Shown here: in pieces, positions 61,278 to 64,000 of the stretch | Layout of the letters: each line of letters starts with the position of its first letter | How positions within the stretch are numbered: position 1 is the first letter of the stretch | NCBI GenBank assembly: GCA_016794225.1 | Contig: JAEUKQ010000003.1 | Coordinates: 10,215 to 74,214, forward strand | Direction: 5' to 3' | DNA from: Alphaproteobacteria bacterium | GTDB taxonomy: Bacteria; Pseudomonadota; Alphaproteobacteria; JAEUKQ01 | Length of the DNA: 64,000 nucleotides | Translations under genes and position numbers: made by a program | The notes under the pieces: generated by a model | Databases searched by the model: none | What the model saw: the letters and a program-made list of their open reading frames with translations, nothing else | Told to the model about the DNA's origin: nothing

Positions 61278-61329
61278 GTTTTTATCTGAACTGTAATTAA
61301 TATATGATGAACAAGGGTTTCCCCAAAAT

Positions 61330-63987
61330 ATGACCACGAACAACGATCCATCTTTAGGTAAAAAGACTCTTGGTTTATCCTCAGGCGGTAAGTTAGAGCT
61401 TAAAAAAACAGTTGACATGGGCCAGGTTCGCCAAAGTTTTTCTCATGGCCGCAGCAAAACGGTAACAGTGGAAGTAAAACGCCGCAGGATTTTGCCAACC
61501 GAAACTCCTGGTACACCATCAGCCACTGAAACACCAGTTAAGTCAGCTGAGCAGTTGACTGATGTGGAGGGACACCATCATCTGACAGCTGAAGAGCGTG
61601 CTATACGTACCAAGGTCATTGAAGAGGCGCGTAAAGAAGAAGAAAGAAAAGCAATTGAACAGCAACGTCAACGCGAAATAGAGCAAAAACTCGCCGAAGA
61701 ACAGGCAAAAGCTGCTGAGCAATTGACATTGCAGCGTGCCGAGGAAGAAAAAGCACGCAAAGCCGTTGCCTCAGATGAAAAACCCGCCTCTTTGGAATCT
61801 CAGACAGAGCCGGATCATATATTTACGGTTAAAGGCAAGCAACAACAAGTATCCGAAGTTAAGCCAGCGGTTGTTGTGCAACCAGTAAATAAATCAGTAC
61901 CAGTCAGCGGAGACGTTAAAAAAACCAAAGAAAAAGAGAAGCAGCCAATCAAAGGAAATACGGCGAAATTTTCTTATGACGAAGATGGTGATGACGAGCC
62001 TATTTCAGCTAGAAAGCCAGGAAAAGCGGTTCCATCTGCACCGATTAGCGAACTACGTAAAAATACCCCTTCTAAATGGCGTGGGGGGAAGATAACGATT
62101 GATCAAGCCTTAGATGATGAAGAGAAGGTTCGCGTGCGCAGTCAGGCTTCTATTCGTCGGGCGCGCGAGAAAGAGAAGCAAAAGTTTCTTAAGGAAAATC
62201 AACCCGAAGCTACTAAAATTATTCGGGAAGTTGTTTTGCCAGAAACAATTTCGGTGCAGGAATTATCAAACCGTATGGCAGAGAGAAGCGCTGATGTTAT
62301 TAAGACACTTATGAAAATGGGCATGTTAGTTACATTAAATCAGATTATTGATGCCGATACAGCCGAGCTAGTTGTTGGTGAATTTGGTCATCGTGTTAAG
62401 CGTGTTAAGGAATCAGACAGTTTCCTAGTTGATGTCTTGGCTGAAGATTCAAGCAGCCAATTACATCCGCGTCCCCCCGTTGTCACTGTTATGGGGCATG
62501 TTGATCACGGTAAAACCTCGTTGCTTGATGCTTTGCGTTCAACCGATGTTGCCTCGGGCGAGGCCGGCGGTATCACCCAACACATTGGTGCATACCAAGT
62601 AACAAGGCCATCTGGCCAAAAAATAACGTTTATTGACACACCTGGTCATGCTGCATTCTCTGAAATGCGCGCCCGTGGTGCCAATGTAACGGACCTTGTT
62701 GTGCTTGTTGTGGCGGCTGATGATGGGATCATGCAGCAAACAATCGAGGCTATTAACCATGCCCAGGCTGCAAAAGTGCCGATTGTTGTTGCTGTTAATA
62801 AGATTGATAAACCCCAAGCCGATCCTGCGAAAGTTCGGCGTGAATTGCTTAATCATGGGCTTGTTGTTGAAGAATTAGGTGGTGAAGTGCTTGCAGTGGA
62901 TGTTTCAGCTAAAGCCAAACTCAATCTTGAAAAGCTGGAAGAAGCAATATTACTACAAGCTGAAATTCTTGACTTAAAATCAAATCCGCATAGACCCGCG
63001 ACCGGTACGGTTATAGAAGCTAGGCTCGAGCGGGGGCGTGGTTCTGTGGCAACCTTTTTGGTTCAGCGAGGTACATTAAGGGTTGGCGATATTCTTGTTG
63101 CGGGTAATGAGTGGGGGCGGGTGCGTGCTCTGCATGATCATTATGGTCATCAGTTAAAAGAAGCTGGCCCATCAACCCCGGTTGAAGTTTTGGGGTTACA
63201 GGGGACGCCAATGGCCGGCAATCAATTTGTTGTCGTTGAAAGTGAAAATAAAGCGCGTGAGGTTAGTGAAACGCGTCAGCGCAAAAGTCGCGAAATGCAA
63301 GTTGCTGCTGCTTTGGGCAAGCGCGGTAATATCGAGCAAATGCTATCAAAGGCTGCTGACAGTAATCTGCGTGAATTAGCGGTTATCCTGAAGTCTGATG
63401 TTCAAGGGTCTTTAGAGGCTTTAAGCAATAGTCTAAATAAATTAAATACAAACGAGGTTGCGGTTCGAATTCTGCACGCTGCCGTTGGTGGAATTAATGA
63501 ATCGGATGTTACCTTGGCCCGTGCCTCTGGCGCGATTATTGTAGGATTTAATGTCAGAGCTAACCCCTTGGCGCGTGAAATTGCCCGTCGTGATGCTATT
63601 GATATCAAGTATTATTCGATTATCTATAACGTTATTGATGATGTGAAAGCCATACTGGGTGGCCTTTTGGCACCAACCTTGCAAGAAAAATTCTTGGGCT
63701 ATGCCGAAATCCGCGAGGTTTTCTCGGTACCAAGTTTTGGTAAAGTTGCTGGTTGTATGGTTACCGAGGGCATAGTCAAGCGCGGCGCCAAGGTTCGTTT
63801 ATTGCGGGATAATGTTGTGATTTATCAGGGTAATTTGCAAAGTTTGCGGCGCTTTAAGGATGAAGTTCGCGAGGTTAAGGAAGGCTATGAATGCGGTATG
63901 GCATTTGATAATTATCAAGATATTTCGAAGAGTGATGTTGTTGAGTGCTACGAAATTGAACAAATAGCCAGAACTTTGGCAAGTTGA
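61330..63987 (+). CDS. infB: Translation initiation factor IF-2
   Basis: 885 aa. Charged N-terminal region and a G-domain ([21 protein letters not shown]). Confidence 0.97.
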   Translation: MTTNNDPSLGKKTLGLSSGGKLELKKTVDMGQVRQSFSHGRSKTVTVEVKRRRILPTETPGTPSATETPVKSAEQLTDVEGHHHLTAEERAIRTKVIEEARKEEERKAIEQQRQREIEQKLAEEQAKAAEQLTLQRAEEEKARKAVASDEKPASLESQTEPDHIFTVKGKQQQVSEVKPAVVVQPVNKSVPVSGDVKKTKEKEKQPIKGNTAKFSYDEDGDDEPISARKPGKAVPSAPISELRKNTPSKWRGGKITIDQALDDEEKVRVRSQASIRRAREKEKQKFLKENQPEATKIIREVVLPETISVQELSNRMAERSADVIKTLMKMGMLVTLNQIIDADTAELVVGEFGHRVKRVKESDSFLVDVLAEDSSSQLHPRPPVVTVMGHVDHGKTSLLDALRSTDVASGEAGGITQHIGAYQVTRPSGQKITFIDTPGHAAFSEMRARGANVTDLVVLVVAADDGIMQQTIEAINHAQAAKVPIVVAVNKIDKPQADPAKVRRELLNHGLVVEELGGEVLAVDVSAKAKLNLEKLEEAILLQAEILDLKSNPHRPATGTVIEARLERGRGSVATFLVQRGTLRVGDILVAGNEWGRVRALHDHYGHQLKEAGPSTPVEVLGLQGTPMAGNQFVVVESENKAREVSETRQRKSREMQVAAALGKRGNIEQMLSKAADSNLRELAVILKSDVQGSLEALSNSLNKLNTNEVAVRILHAAVGGINESDVTLARASGAIIVGFNVRANPLAREIARRDAIDIKYYSIIYNVIDDVKAILGGLLAPTLQEKFLGYAEIREVFSVPSFGKVAGCMVTEGIVKRGAKVRLLRDNVVIYQGNLQSLRRFKDEVREVKEGYECGMAFDNYQDISKSDVVECYEIEQIARTLAS

Positions 63988-64000
63988 TACAAGGGGTTCC

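Noticed and set aside
63461-63472. tRNA-like T-loop motif GGTTCGAAT
   Set aside because: Lies inside the infB coding sequence with no flanking cloverleaf. No tRNA, rRNA, tmRNA or RNase P genes detected in any intergenic region.
1-64000. CRISPR arrays, IS elements, integrases, phage genes, toxin–antitoxin or defence islands
   Set aside because: No repeat-spacer periodicity, no transposase or integrase-like ORFs, and all annotated genes are core housekeeping. The only atypical spot is the 58212-59192 AT-rich pocket reported in findings.

Overview
This 64 kb window is a densely packed, syntenic core-chromosome segment from a low-GC alphaproteobacterium. The gene order looks Rhizobiales-like, and the missing aroE between maf and coaE is consistent with a reduced, Liberibacter/Bartonella-type genome. 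I see no mobile elements, CRISPR arrays, rRNA or tRNA genes.

The most notable feature is at the window start. The truncated 5' end of hemE (minus strand) is divergent from maf across a 258-bp AT-rich spacer. That spacer carries one perfect and several near-perfect DnaA boxes (TTATCCACA), which is the conserved hemE-adjacent position of the alphaproteobacterial chromosomal origin (Cori/oriC).

Downstream the window contains:
- coaE, dnaQ, secB, a Tim44-like protein, mltA and an Smr protein.
- hslVU, a HIT-family protein, a YifB/ComM ATPase, gshB and rsmI.
- The hemW–rdgB–rph operon and the hrcA–grpE/dnaK–dnaJ heat-shock cluster. Two matching sigma32-type promoters (CTTG-N18-CYYATATA) sit before dnaK and hslV.
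- nth, a bactofilin, a PfkB kinase, typA and ampG.
- A complete Pho regulon block, phoR–pstSCAB–phoU–phoB, with a textbook Pho box upstream of pstS. The phoB reading frame has no canonical start codon ahead of its conserved receiver N-terminus.
- A monocistronic cysteine-free secreted protein of unknown function.
- mutS, murJ, trpS, a translationally coupled TSUP–TIGR02186–Usp triad, a NifU-like protein, a VanX-like dipeptidase, tsaB–rimI, a Fur-family regulator, olsBA, and miaB–ybeZ–ybeY–corC–lnt.
- metK, trmB, an orphan membrane protein in an AT-rich pocket, and rimP–nusA–infB. The rimP leader contains a sigma70-like promoter followed about 30 nt later by an intrinsic terminator hairpin.

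No obviously novel multi-gene system (defence, secretion or toxin) is present. The interesting items are regulatory or architectural sites and a few orphan ORFs.
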